This document shows positions 35,533-45,082 of a stretch of DNA of 59,275 bases, one piece after another. This DNA comes from an uncultured Candidatus Saccharibacteria bacterium. Its GTDB lineage: Bacteria; Patescibacteriota; Saccharimonadia; CAILAD01; GCA-016700035. Under the pieces are notes generated by a model. It was not told the origin of the DNA, did not search any database, and was given only the letters and a program-made list of their open reading frames with translations. Location of the stretch: the NCBI GenBank assembly GCA_964646575.1, contig CAZYFT010000004.1, forward strand, positions 1-59,275, in the 5' to 3' direction. The position numbers and the translations under genes are program-made. Numbering within the stretch: the first letter of the stretch is position 1; each line of letters starts with the position of its first letter.

Positions 35533-36540
35533 ATGATTAAACGTCGAATTGCCATTGATCTTGGTACAGCCAACACCTTGGTATATGTACCAAAGAAGGG
35601 CATTGTTGCTAACGAGCCGAGCGTGGTGGCGGTATCGGTTGATGACAATCGCATTGTCGCTATCGGTAACGAAGCCAAAGAGATGTTGGGTCGCACGCCA
35701 GATGTCATTACTGCGAGTCGACCATTGCGTGATGGTGTGATTGCTGATTATCGCATTACTCAAGCCATGCTTAAGCACTTTATTGACCGAGTTTCGGGTA
35801 CGATTCGCTTGAGTCGCCCAGAGCTGATGATTTCTGTACCCGCTGGAGTAACTTCTACCGAACGCCGCGCTGTGATTGACGCGGCTTTGGCGGCGGGTGC
35901 TAAAAAAGCCCATATTATTCGTGAGCCTGTGGCAGCCGCGATCGGCGCGGGAGTGCCTATTGCCGCACCGGCTGGAAATCTTATTGTAGATATTGGTGGC
36001 GGTACTACTGAGGTGGCGATTCTTTCATTGGGTGGAATTGTAGCCCAAAACTCCATTCGTATCGGTGGCAATAAGCTTGATATGGCGATTGCCGATTATA
36101 TTCGTCGTAAATATGGTCTGATTATCGGTGATCAAACAGCTGAAGATATAAAAAAAGAAATTGGCTCGGCTCTACCGTTAGAAGTTCCGCTCACGATGCA
36201 GATCCGTGGTCGCGATATGATTGCCGGCTTGCCAAAGACTATTAAGTTAGACTCCGATGAGGTGACGCAAGCGATGAGCGATGAATTAGAGGGAATTATT
36301 GGCGCGGTGAAATCTGTACTCGAGCAAACTCCACCAGAGCTTTCGAGTGATATCATCGACCGCGGAATGGTTATGACCGGCGGCGGTTCCAAGCTGCGCA
36401 ATATTGATAAGATGATGACGAAAGTAACTGGCGTACCCGCCTACGTTGCTGATGAGCCGATGCTCTGTGTGGCGCGTGGTACAGGGATTGCCCTGGAGAA
36501 TTTGGACGACTATATACGCAGCGTAATTTCGAATCGATAG
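35533..36540 (+). CDS. mreB: Rod-shape-determining actin homologue MreB
   Basis: IAIDLGTANTLVY, DIGGGTTEVA and MTGGGSKLRNID. ATG 35533 gives the canonical N-terminus MIKRRIAIDLG. Confidence 0.95.
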   Translation: MIKRRIAIDLGTANTLVYVPKKGIVANEPSVVAVSVDDNRIVAIGNEAKEMLGRTPDVITASRPLRDGVIADYRITQAMLKHFIDRVSGTIRLSRPELMISVPAGVTSTERRAVIDAALAAGAKKAHIIREPVAAAIGAGVPIAAPAGNLIVDIGGGTTEVAILSLGGIVAQNSIRIGGNKLDMAIADYIRRKYGLIIGDQTAEDIKKEIGSALPLEVPLTMQIRGRDMIAGLPKTIKLDSDEVTQAMSDELEGIIGAVKSVLEQTPPELSSDIIDRGMVMTGGGSKLRNIDKMMTKVTGVPAYVADEPMLCVARGTGIALENLDDYIRSVISNR

Positions 36541-36542
36541 CA

Positions 36543-37868
36543 ATGCATAAAATCTTTCAGCATGTACATTCCGAAAATCTCAAACGACTTGGGGGTGTAT
36601 TAACGCTGGTTTTGCTGGCGCTGGTGCCGTTTCACGCCTTATTTACCGTTTGGGGCGGTACGCTCATTGGCAAGCGTGAGCTGGTCGCTATCTGGAAAGA
36701 AGTGCTCATTCTGCTCATTGTGGGGCTAGCGTTAGCAGTGAGTTTGCCGAGTGTTTTTCGTAACGGTTGGCGTGAAGTGCTTCGACAGCCGGCAGTAGTT
36801 TTAGTTGGACTGATCATCTTAGCCGGGCTGCTTGCAAACATGCTGAATGCAAATTATGGTATGGCTTTTTTTGTTGGTGTTAAGACAACCGTAGTGCCTT
36901 TGCTGCTTTTTCTTGCAGTGCAGCCGTTTGCGCATACTATTTCAGAACGACGGCTGGCTCGAGTGGTATTGGCATCAGCTTGCGTGGTGGCAATATTGGC
37001 AATCTTGCAGTTTCTATTTGTGCCTACGTCGTTTTTGGCGAGTTTGGGTTATGGGCCTTCCACAATTTTACCTTTTCAAGGTGTGCACCCAGATTTTCCG
37101 TTTAGTCGCTCATTTTCCACGCTGGGTGGACCAAATCAACTTGGTACCTATCTAATAATTCCATTTGGAGTATCTTTAGCGCTTGCAGTGAAGGCTCGTA
37201 CCAGAAAAGTTCGCTACATTGGCGCCACATTAGTCGGTCTATTCGTACTGGCAGCAATTACGACCTTTTCGCGCAGTGCTTTGATAGGTTTTGGCGTTAC
37301 GACTGCTCTGGTTGTTTTGCTAGCCGTGCCAAAAAAATATCGGCTTGTAACTGGCTTGATGTTTGTGGCAGCAGCTTTGGTTGCGGGGCTTGTTATGTGG
37401 GGCGTTTTAACAAATGAAAACTCAACAATTCTAGATCGTTTTTTAGTTCGAGGTGAGCTTACGCCAAGTGGTATTTTAGGGGGCGATGAAGGTCATATCG
37501 CTGCAATCGAGAAGGGTTATGCGGCAATTGTGGCTTATCCGGGAGGACTTGGGCTTGGTGCGGCCGGCCCGGCAAGTTTCTATGCCGCCAGAGCGCTGTT
37601 AACTGAAAATTGGTACCTGCAAATCGCTATCGAGGTTGGAGTAATTGGCCTAGGACTGATGCTATTGCTCTTGGCCCACATCGTTCGTCGGGTGCGACAG
37701 CACGCCACGCATGATCCGGTGCGTATCGGGTTCGTGTCTGCAGCTTTGGGCGTGATGGTGTCGGCGCTTTTCTTGCATTCTTTGGCAGATTCCACGCTGG
37801 CAATCTTGCTTTTTGGCATGGCTGGCTTGCTGTATGCATCACGACCACAGAAAGGTAGCCCTTTATGA
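36543..37868 (+). CDS. O-antigen ligase / polymerase-like (Wzy_C family) polytopic membrane protein
   Basis: 441 aa with at least 10 TM helices and a characteristic loop with TTFSRSALIG. Confidence 0.8.
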   Translation: MHKIFQHVHSENLKRLGGVLTLVLLALVPFHALFTVWGGTLIGKRELVAIWKEVLILLIVGLALAVSLPSVFRNGWREVLRQPAVVLVGLIILAGLLANMLNANYGMAFFVGVKTTVVPLLLFLAVQPFAHTISERRLARVVLASACVVAILAILQFLFVPTSFLASLGYGPSTILPFQGVHPDFPFSRSFSTLGGPNQLGTYLIIPFGVSLALAVKARTRKVRYIGATLVGLFVLAAITTFSRSALIGFGVTTALVVLLAVPKKYRLVTGLMFVAAALVAGLVMWGVLTNENSTILDRFLVRGELTPSGILGGDEGHIAAIEKGYAAIVAYPGGLGLGAAGPASFYAARALLTENWYLQIAIEVGVIGLGLMLLLLAHIVRRVRQHATHDPVRIGFVSAALGVMVSALFLHSLADSTLAILLFGMAGLLYASRPQKGSPL

Positions 37869-38971
37869 GTAACAGAAATCAAAAAATACTCATTGTGCAC
37901 GATTGGCTCAATATGAAAGATGGTGGCGCCGAGCAGGTATTGTATGAGCTTTTAGTTATGTATCCGCAGGCCGATCTCACTACATTGGTCTACAACAAAG
38001 ATAAGTTTGGCGCCAAAATTGGTAACCGGCGGGTGCGAACAACATTTTTACAGTATTTTCCTGCTCGTATGCGTGAAAACCCAGAGCTGCTCTTGCCATT
38101 TGTAAAACGGGCTGTGCAGTCGATCAATACTACAGGGTACGACGTAGTGATAGCTTCTTCTTCGGCATGGGTAAAAAATGTTCGTTTGTCGGGTGCTACC
38201 AAAATGCTGATCTACTGCTACTCGCCAGCCCGAATGCTGTGGGATTATTGGCCGCGGGCTTTGCACGAGAGAACTACAAATCCCTTTGTACGCAGCTTTG
38301 TCACTCGCTTAGTATCCAAGCTTCGACTGTGGGATTTTTATGTCAGTCAAGAAGCGCGTCGAGAATTCGTAGCTATTAGTGCTACTATCGCGCGCCGCAT
38401 TCACAAATTTTATGGCCGAAAGGCGCAAGTGATTTATCCACCAGTTCATATTCCGCCGGTAGCGGCTACCGACCGCACCGATGATTACGTAATGGTGTCA
38501 GTGCTGGCTGCATACAAAAATGTAGATCTGGCAATTAGGGCGTTTAAGAGTACAAAGAGAAAGTTAATTATTGCTGGCGATGGTCCTGAGCGCGAAAATC
38601 TCGAAAAGCTCGCTGGTAGTGCGACGAATATACGTTTCTTGGGCCGTGTAAGTCAAACCGATAAGCTCAAGCTTCTGTCTACGGCCCGGGGATTTGTATT
38701 TTGCAATGTTGAGGATTTTGGCATTACGCCAGTGGAGGCAATAGCTAGCGGAGCCCCGGTTATTGCACTGCGAGCCGGTGGAGTCGCTGAAACTATGATT
38801 GAGCACATTACGGCTGAGTTTTTTGACGAGCCAAACGAGGCACAACTACGGGAGGCCTTAGTGCGAGTGGAATCTCATAGTTGGGATGTTGCCAGGATGC
38901 ATAGAAGAGCTTCTCAGTTTAGTTACGAAAAATTTCGGTCGAGCTTGCAACAGGCTGTGGAGCAACTTTAG
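37865..38971 (+). CDS. Glycosyltransferase, GT4 (GT-B fold)
   Basis: KILIVHDWLNMKDGGAEQVL N-terminus and an E-x7-E motif (EDFGITPVEAIASG). It overlaps neighbours by 4 nt and 1 nt. Confidence 0.85.
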   Translation: MSNRNQKILIVHDWLNMKDGGAEQVLYELLVMYPQADLTTLVYNKDKFGAKIGNRRVRTTFLQYFPARMRENPELLLPFVKRAVQSINTTGYDVVIASSSAWVKNVRLSGATKMLIYCYSPARMLWDYWPRALHERTTNPFVRSFVTRLVSKLRLWDFYVSQEARREFVAISATIARRIHKFYGRKAQVIYPPVHIPPVAATDRTDDYVMVSVLAAYKNVDLAIRAFKSTKRKLIIAGDGPERENLEKLAGSATNIRFLGRVSQTDKLKLLSTARGFVFCNVEDFGITPVEAIASGAPVIALRAGGVAETMIEHITAEFFDEPNEAQLREALVRVESHSWDVARMHRRASQFSYEKFRSSLQQAVEQL

Positions 38972-39792
38972 TGAAACATGAAGGTCATACGCGAGTTGAT
39001 GTCGCCGGTATTGGGTTTGACCCAATCACTCAGGATCAACTACTGGGAGATATTGGCAAGCATCTAGATGGGCAAAGTAGTCATCCTTTCGTAGTCTATA
39101 AGCCTTATGTAGAGTTTTTTACAAGTGCTTGGGAGGATGCTGGGCTTATGAGACTTTTACATCGTGCCGATAGGGTAGTGGCTGACGGGGTTGCGGTTCA
39201 GTGGGCAGCAAGCTATTTAGCCGGGCCCAGAGGGTTTTGGCACTGGGCTAAGTCGTTGTGTATTGATATTCAAAAGCCTCAGTGGCGGGCACGAATTATC
39301 CCAGAACGTGGCGCTGGAGTTGATGCGACACAGCAATTATTGAAGCAAGCCACACAGGAAGGTTGGATTGTCGGTATTTTTGGTGGCCCACGAGACACAA
39401 AGCGTACGTCGAAAGCCATTAAGCGTTTGTTTCCGGGTGTCAAATTGGTTGGTGTTTGGAGTGGTTTTTATGATGAGCGGGGAGAACAAGAAATAATTTC
39501 TGAAATTAAGCATGCCTATCCAGATATCTTGTTTGTTGCCCAGGGGTTTCCTCGACAAGAAAGGCTTATTGATACATATAAAAACTCTAAGCTGGCACGA
39601 GTTTTGATTGGGGAGGGCGGTACATTTGATTTTGACTCGATGGGCGGAGAGCTAAAGCGCGCTCCGAAATGGATGCGTAAGCTTGGGCTTGAATGGCTAT
39701 GGCGTTTGGTGTTGCAGCCAAGTCGATGGCGGCGGCAGCTCTCATTACCGCGGTTTATGTGGCGGATATACAAGATTGGTCAACAAAAGTAG
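38971..39792 (+). CDS. tagA: WecB/TagA/CpsF-family glycosyltransferase (ManNAc transferase of wall-glycopolymer linkage unit)
   Basis: VADGVAVQWAA, LFVAQGFPRQERLI and LGLEWLWRLVLQPSRW are typical of the family. Confidence 0.82.
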   Translation: MKHEGHTRVDVAGIGFDPITQDQLLGDIGKHLDGQSSHPFVVYKPYVEFFTSAWEDAGLMRLLHRADRVVADGVAVQWAASYLAGPRGFWHWAKSLCIDIQKPQWRARIIPERGAGVDATQQLLKQATQEGWIVGIFGGPRDTKRTSKAIKRLFPGVKLVGVWSGFYDERGEQEIISEIKHAYPDILFVAQGFPRQERLIDTYKNSKLARVLIGEGGTFDFDSMGGELKRAPKWMRKLGLEWLWRLVLQPSRWRRQLSLPRFMWRIYKIGQQK

Positions 39793-39864
39793 GGTATTCC
39801 TCTTTACGCTTATGGTATAAGAAGGCATAATAAGGGTTAAGCTTATAGTTAACTCGAGGGGTTT

Positions 39865-41169
39865 ATGCGTCAGTGCCCAGATTGTGAAGAAAAAGATCGC
39901 GTCGTAATTGCCGGCAAGGTTTTTTGTGCTAACTGCGGCACACCCTGGCAGCCTACTGACGCCACAGAAGAAGCGGCATACAAGCAAAAGATTGGTATGG
40001 ATGCTCCGTCAGCAGGAGCCACCGCCCCAACTCCAGCCCCGCCTGCTAGTTCGGTTCCGCCAACTCCAGCTCCAACTCCAGCTCCAGCTCCGACACCACC
40101 TCAGGTTACCCCAGCTCCAGCCCCTGCATCACCCCCCGCGGTTGCACCTGCCCCTGCGTCTGCTCCAGCATCGCAGCCTCAGGCGGTAACTCAGGCATCA
40201 GCTGTTGCACCTCCGACACCACCTCAGGTTACCCCAACTCCTGCCCCTGCAGCGGCGCCTAGTCCGGTAGTGCCAGTAGTTGCGCCATCAGCCGACAAGC
40301 CACTTGCGGACCTGCAGTCGCAGATCGGTTCCGAGATACCAAACTTAGACGCCAAGGAAGAATCAGTTCTCTCAGACTCACAGATGAAGGAAATGGCATC
40401 TGTGCCCGTAGCGCCACCACAGCCAGCACCAGTTGTCGAGACTACTCCAGCCGTGGCTCCGGTCACTGCGCCAGCTCAACAGCCTGCGGCTCAAGTATCG
40501 GTACCTCCTGCATCTACCTCACCGACTCCGGCTTCCCAACAGGCAAGTAAGGTGCTGAATGATATTGTTGCGCCGACACCTAACGTGACGCCAGCCTCAT
40601 CACCGTCAACACCAGCAGGAAGTACCACCACGGTGGCTGGAGTTACTATGAGTCGCGAAGATGCCCTCAAGCTAGCGCTTGGCGAAGACGCTGCTCCACA
40701 AGCTGCAACAAAAGCTGGTCCAGCCCGTCCGACGGCTGTGGTTATGACCGTAATCGGTTTGGCGCTTCTGGGAGCTTTTCTTTGGCAGGTAAACGCTACA
40801 GATATTCAGGTAAAGTTAGCGTCGTTGCGAGCTGGCCTAACTGCCTCCGTGCCGGGCTTTGTACCTGGTGGTTGGAGCAAAGCCCAGTCGCTCAAAGCAA
40901 GTGAAGGCGGCGTGAGTTATGAGCTCGTGAAAGATGGTAAATCTCTAAAAGTTGAGCAACAAAAATCTGACTGGGATAGTCAGGCGGTGCTTGAGCAGTA
41001 CGTTTTAAGGCGCTCTACGGATTACCTAGCCCTCCAGTCACAGGGACTTACTATATATATGTACGGAGATAATCAGGCGGCGTGGGTTAATCAGGGGACT
41101 TTCTATACACTCTCCGGCGACCACGGCATTGAGCAAGACGACATCATCCGAATGGCGACGAGTTTATGA
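39865..41169 (+). CDS. Zinc-ribbon / Pro-Ala-rich / single-TM protein with a globular C-terminal domain (hypothetical)
   Basis: CPDC...CANC at the N-terminus, ~270 aa of P/A/T/V low complexity, TM AVVMTVIGLALLGAFLW, and a ~120-aa C-terminal domain. Confidence 0.72.
   Translation: MRQCPDCEEKDRVVIAGKVFCANCGTPWQPTDATEEAAYKQKIGMDAPSAGATAPTPAPPASSVPPTPAPTPAPAPTPPQVTPAPAPASPPAVAPAPASAPASQPQAVTQASAVAPPTPPQVTPTPAPAAAPSPVVPVVAPSADKPLADLQSQIGSEIPNLDAKEESVLSDSQMKEMASVPVAPPQPAPVVETTPAVAPVTAPAQQPAAQVSVPPASTSPTPASQQASKVLNDIVAPTPNVTPASSPSTPAGSTTTVAGVTMSREDALKLALGEDAAPQAATKAGPARPTAVVMTVIGLALLGAFLWQVNATDIQVKLASLRAGLTASVPGFVPGGWSKAQSLKASEGGVSYELVKDGKSLKVEQQKSDWDSQAVLEQYVLRRSTDYLALQSQGLTIYMYGDNQAAWVNQGTFYTLSGDHGIEQDDIIRMATSL
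40088..40236 (+). repeat. Perfect 26-nt direct repeat (two copies, 123 nt apart) inside the Pro/Ala-rich region
   Basis: CTCCGACACCACCTCAGGTTACCCCA occurs at 40088-40113 and again at 40211-40236. The copies are in phase (41 codons apart) and encode PTPPQVTP. Confidence 0.9.
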
Positions 41170-41498
41170 GCGACCAAGCTTGGGAGCAACTTGTAGATTT
41201 AATTGATCAGAAATACGGCATTGATCACCACAAAAAGCACAAGGAACAGCTAGAGGGTAAGCAAAAGCTCGAAAAATTTCATGATGAAATTGTCTTTGAG
41301 AAAGACGGCAATATCTTTAAGGTTGACCGTATTACTTCACCGGCTGTGGCAAATACTCGAACGCATTATGCGCATCGTGGAACTGCCCAGCGGGTTGAGC
41401 ACGAATACGATCCAGCTGAACTTGTACATAGAGTTGAATTTTATAAAAAGTCTGGCTCTGGTGATTGGCACGAGATCTCACCAGAAGACTTAATGTAG
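41166..41498 (+). CDS. Hypothetical protein (110 aa)
   Basis: ORF overlapping the previous stop by 4 nt (ATGA). No motif was recognised. Confidence 0.6.
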   Translation: MSDQAWEQLVDLIDQKYGIDHHKKHKEQLEGKQKLEKFHDEIVFEKDGNIFKVDRITSPAVANTRTHYAHRGTAQRVEHEYDPAELVHRVEFYKKSGSGDWHEISPEDLM

Positions 41499-41499
41499 T

Positions 41500-41916
41500 T
41501 TAGGCTTCGGCTTTACCAACTTTTGCGCTGAGGATTACGCTACGGGTTTCTCCGCCCTGATCAACTATTTTTGTTTGCTGGGTTTGGTTGTAATAGAGAA
41601 CCAAATGCTGTGAGAGGATGTCTTGAATGTCGCGGAGCTTTAAGCGGTAATCGTCTAGATCGGCAGCAATTGCTTGATAGTCTTTATCTTCCTGAAGGGC
41701 TCGCTTGGCTTCTGAGCGTTTTTTGGTAAGTTCTTTAATTTCATCGGCGAGGGCTCGATATTCTTCGTTTTGCTCCATCACATCCTTTAACTGATCGCGC
41801 AAGGCACCAACTTTTTCGCGAGTTTCGGCGGCATCTTGCATAAGTCTGTGGATTGACTCTAGGGTTGCACCAGTTTCATTTTCGGTACTAGGTGATGTGC
41901 TGGTTGTTTCGTCCAT
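41500..41916 (-). CDS. Hypothetical coiled-coil protein (138 aa)
   Basis: Heptad-rich acidic and basic helices (REKVGALRDQLKDVMEQNEEYRALADEIKELTKKRSEAKRALQ). No family was recognised. Confidence 0.62.
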   Translation of the reverse strand: MDETTSTSPSTENETGATLESIHRLMQDAAETREKVGALRDQLKDVMEQNEEYRALADEIKELTKKRSEAKRALQEDKDYQAIAADLDDYRLKLRDIQDILSQHLVLYYNQTQQTKIVDQGGETRSVILSAKVGKAEA

Positions 41917-41987
41917 GTTTCCTCTTTTATTAAAGCTTAGAGCTGTTGAAACATTTTACCATGCTGCCTTGGTGAAAAGGAAACTTA

Positions 41988-42905
41988 TTACGCTAAACGT
42001 AATATGAACACTGTACTCAGTATAGAGAGGGTAGTTGATATGAGTATGGTTCCTGCCGCGAGCTTACTATCAAGTTTGTATTTTTCCGCCAAGACAAAAG
42101 CAGTAACTGCAGTTGGCGTGGCTGCCATCAGGATGGTGAGTTGGGAAAAATCTTTGGCGGTTGGGAAGATGTTGAGTGCGGCGATAAAAATTATTGGCAG
42201 TATCGCGAGCTTGAGAGTTGATGCGATAGCGATAGTTGGTAAATCGTGTTTCTGTAGTGTGTGGTGGGCGAGAAAACCACCAAGAGCAAAAAGTGCTAAT
42301 GGTGAGGCGGTTTGCGCGATAAGTTGCAGCGGCGTCTCTACAAAGTCATGTAGGGTTTTGGGTATTGGGATGGCGGCAAGTATCAGGCCGAGGATGAGTG
42401 AGATGATAATTGGATTGGTTTGCAAGCTGTGCAGAAGGTGGTTACCACTTTTGGCATTTTTCATCCAAATCTCCAGAATAAAGAGCGTACTTACGAGTGC
42501 CGATGTAAAGAAGACTATCGAGAGGGTGGTAGTAATCGTTGGCGATATTGAGGGTGTGAGGGCACCTGCCAGAGGAATACCTAAAAAGATCGTGTTGCCG
42601 AGTGTGGCGGTGACGAAAATGGTACGTTGAGTTTTTTTGTTGAAGGGTAGTACACAGGCAATTACTGCAAAGATAATGGAACATACAATAGACATCAGGG
42701 CGCTCAATATTATTGCTGCCTGCACTTTTGTTGAGGTGAGGTCGAGACTCATAAGGCTTAAAATTGTGAGAGCTGGCAGGGCGATGTAATAGACAAAATT
42801 ATTGAGTGGGCTCACCCAGCGATTTTGTGCTACACGGAGGCGCGTTAGGATGTAGCCCGCAGCAATGATGAGAAAGATGGGAAGTGTTGAGAAAAGTGAT
42901 TGCAT
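41988..42905 (-). CDS. AEC (auxin efflux carrier) family transporter
   Basis: 305 aa with ~10 TM helices and N-terminus MQSLFSTLPIFLIIAAGYILTRLRV, typical of the family. Confidence 0.82.
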   Translation of the reverse strand: MQSLFSTLPIFLIIAAGYILTRLRVAQNRWVSPLNNFVYYIALPALTILSLMSLDLTSTKVQAAIILSALMSIVCSIIFAVIACVLPFNKKTQRTIFVTATLGNTIFLGIPLAGALTPSISPTITTTLSIVFFTSALVSTLFILEIWMKNAKSGNHLLHSLQTNPIIISLILGLILAAIPIPKTLHDFVETPLQLIAQTASPLALFALGGFLAHHTLQKHDLPTIAIASTLKLAILPIIFIAALNIFPTAKDFSQLTILMAATPTAVTAFVLAEKYKLDSKLAAGTILISTTLSILSTVFILRLA

Positions 42906-42986
42906 ACCTGTTATGTTTCATCATATACAAAATGGGGCTGTTTTTATAGCGCAGCTTTCTCGCGAGAACGGGAATGAATCTCTATA

Positions 42987-43853
42987 ATGATGATTATGGT
43001 TCTTCCGGAATGGCTTCATCGTACATTGCGTATTCCATATCTGCTTAAGGTTACAAAGACTGGAAGCGGCCGACCGATTGTTTTTTTACATGGCCTAGCT
43101 TCGTTTAAGGAAATTTGGTCACCAGTTACCGAGGTTTTATCTCGAGATAATTGCTGCATAAGTCTCGATCTTTTGGGGCACGGACGAAGTCCGAAGCCTA
43201 CTCATATTCAGTACACACCCCATGATCATCTGCGATCAATTCGCTGGACGCTTTTTTGGCACGGTGTGTGGAGACGCCCAATTGTGGTTGGTCATTCGAT
43301 GGGCGCGCTCCTTGCGACTCATTGGTCAGTAGTGTATCCGCATGAAGTTGCGCGGCTGGTACTGGTTGCAATGCCAATTTATTCTGCACGAACTGCTGCG
43401 TCTGGCAAAAAGCGTCTTGAGGGCTTAGTTGATGCCGGGTATTTAATGTTTTACCGAGCACTTCGTGCTACGCCGCGGCGTTGGGCCATTCGATCAGCTA
43501 AGGCACTTATGCGAAGATCGCCGAGTTTGGTCGGTCAGGCCTCTCTCGATGAGTCAACTTGGTACCCCGTGGTAAGTTCCTTGCAGAATACTGTCGAGCT
43601 GCAAACTGCCAGTGCCGATATCACTGCGCTTGATGAGAAGTTGCCAGTAACCGTCCTTTATGGCACGCTCGATCAATTAGTCTTGGCGAACAATCTGAAA
43701 AAAGCCTTTTTGGGTCGTCCGCACACACGGGTTATGCGAGTATTGGTGCCACATGAGCTAACTCCTCGCTATTGTCGGGCTATTGTACGAGCGATTAGAA
43801 CCAAGGAAGACCCGTGGTATACGACTCAGAAAATGAAAACGAGTGTGCAGTGA
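42987..43853 (+). CDS. Alpha/beta-fold hydrolase
   Basis: Oxyanion-hole region IVFLHGLASF and nucleophile elbow VGHSMGALLA. A His lies near the C-terminus (LVPHELTP). Confidence 0.8.
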   Translation: MMIMVLPEWLHRTLRIPYLLKVTKTGSGRPIVFLHGLASFKEIWSPVTEVLSRDNCCISLDLLGHGRSPKPTHIQYTPHDHLRSIRWTLFWHGVWRRPIVVGHSMGALLATHWSVVYPHEVARLVLVAMPIYSARTAASGKKRLEGLVDAGYLMFYRALRATPRRWAIRSAKALMRRSPSLVGQASLDESTWYPVVSSLQNTVELQTASADITALDEKLPVTVLYGTLDQLVLANNLKKAFLGRPHTRVMRVLVPHELTPRYCRAIVRAIRTKEDPWYTTQKMKTSVQ

Positions 43854-44317
43854 GGCCGACTGACAAAAAACTGCGGGAACGTAGTCTGATCGAGCAATTT
43901 CTTGAACTTACTCCACAGTTTCGAGGTTATAGTTTTGGTTTTTATGATGAAAACCCAGATTTAGTCTATCAGCGGGCGGGGGATCAATTGGGTTTTGAAA
44001 GCATTTTGGTCATCCCTTCAGAGGGGAGCCACTGTAAGCTCGATGCCGAAACTTGTCAGTTGTGGTTGCCGTTGCAGTCTGTGGCTCACCAGAACCTTGT
44101 TTCTGTGCAGGCAGAGTTGGCCCGTACGTTATTTGAGCATTTGCGTCACTATAAGCTGCCGACAGTGATTGTTTTTTCGTTACAGGCACCCAGCGTCCAA
44201 CTAGAGCAGGTGGCGGCACATTTTGCATTGCCGGAAGTGGCCGAACACAATATTCGAGATTATTTCATAACTGATGGAGTGCGGGCTCTGCAGCTCACTG
44301 AAACGCGGCGACTCTAA
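43850..44317 (+). CDS. Hypothetical protein (155 aa from GTG 43850)
   Basis: GTG overlaps the hydrolase stop (GTGA), suggesting coupling. The track start at 43814 is an alternative. No motif was recognised. Confidence 0.5.
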   Translation: MRPTDKKLRERSLIEQFLELTPQFRGYSFGFYDENPDLVYQRAGDQLGFESILVIPSEGSHCKLDAETCQLWLPLQSVAHQNLVSVQAELARTLFEHLRHYKLPTVIVFSLQAPSVQLEQVAAHFALPEVAEHNIRDYFITDGVRALQLTETRRL

Positions 44318-45013
44318 CTAGTGACGGACTTGGCAGTATTTAGCGCACTCAATAACTAAGTCTAGATCGTCGGTAATGGTAAAGAGACCAAGGTCTGCCT
44401 CCGAAATGTAACCATCGGGGTTGAGCATGTAATGCTCCATCAGCCTTCGCAGTGGTTGCCAGTAACTGGTGCCGATGCAGAATATCGGAATGCGTTCAAT
44501 CTTACGTGTTTGCACAAGTGTTATAAGCTCAAAAAATTCATCCATCGTTCCATACCCGCCTGGGAAAAAGATATACATGGAGGCGGCGAAACTCAGAGCC
44601 ATCTTGCGGGCGAAGAAGTAATGAAAACGCAGCGACTGATTCATATATTCATTGATAGCTTCACCCGTAGAAAGCTCGATTGTGAGACCCGCAGAAACTC
44701 CACCTGCTTCAAGCGCGCCTCGGTTGGCTGCCTCCATAATGCCCGGTCCGCCCCCGGTTACAATTGCAAAATCTTTCTCGGTCACAAACCTCGCTGCTAG
44801 CGTGCGAGCCCGTTGGTATTCTTGAGAGCTAGGAAGCGCTCGGGTTGAGCCAAAAATAGATACGCTATCTGGGAGCTTACTCAAGAAATCGAAAGCTTGT
44901 CGAAATTCAGTCTCGATACGATCAAGTCTTTGTGTGGTCTCATTAGCCGTTGATTGAGTTTTGTGAGCATGATCTCGATACTCTTGTAATGTGCGTAAAT
45001 CTCGGCTGTGCAT
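44318..45013 (-). CDS. LOG-family (TIGR00730) nucleotide phosphoribohydrolase
   Basis: GGGPGIMEAANRGA and PGGYGTMDEFFE motifs. The start is ATG at 45013. Confidence 0.88.
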   Translation of the reverse strand: MHSRDLRTLQEYRDHAHKTQSTANETTQRLDRIETEFRQAFDFLSKLPDSVSIFGSTRALPSSQEYQRARTLAARFVTEKDFAIVTGGGPGIMEAANRGALEAGGVSAGLTIELSTGEAINEYMNQSLRFHYFFARKMALSFAASMYIFFPGGYGTMDEFFELITLVQTRKIERIPIFCIGTSYWQPLRRLMEHYMLNPDGYISEADLGLFTITDDLDLVIECAKYCQVRH

Positions 45014-45070
45014 ATAGACATTGTAGCAAAACATAAGCAGTAATGTTTGTGGGGTGGGCGAGTGAAACGG

Positions 45071-45076
45071 TACAAT
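45071..45076 (+). promoter_or_regulatory. -10 box TACAAT 6 nt upstream of ATG 45083 (probable leaderless start)
   Basis: TACAAT at 45071-45076, ATG at 45083, no SD. Confidence 0.4.
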
Positions 45077-45082
45077 GGTGAT

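Noticed and set aside
35455-35913. A 152-aa minus-strand ORF overlapping the mreB start.
   Set aside because: It is antisense to the highly conserved mreB N-terminus and has no motif or start signals.
42004-42630. A 208-aa plus-strand ORF antisense to the AEC transporter gene.
   Set aside because: It is fully nested opposite a well-supported 10-TM transporter ORF. There is no start context, and the composition mirrors the sense strand.
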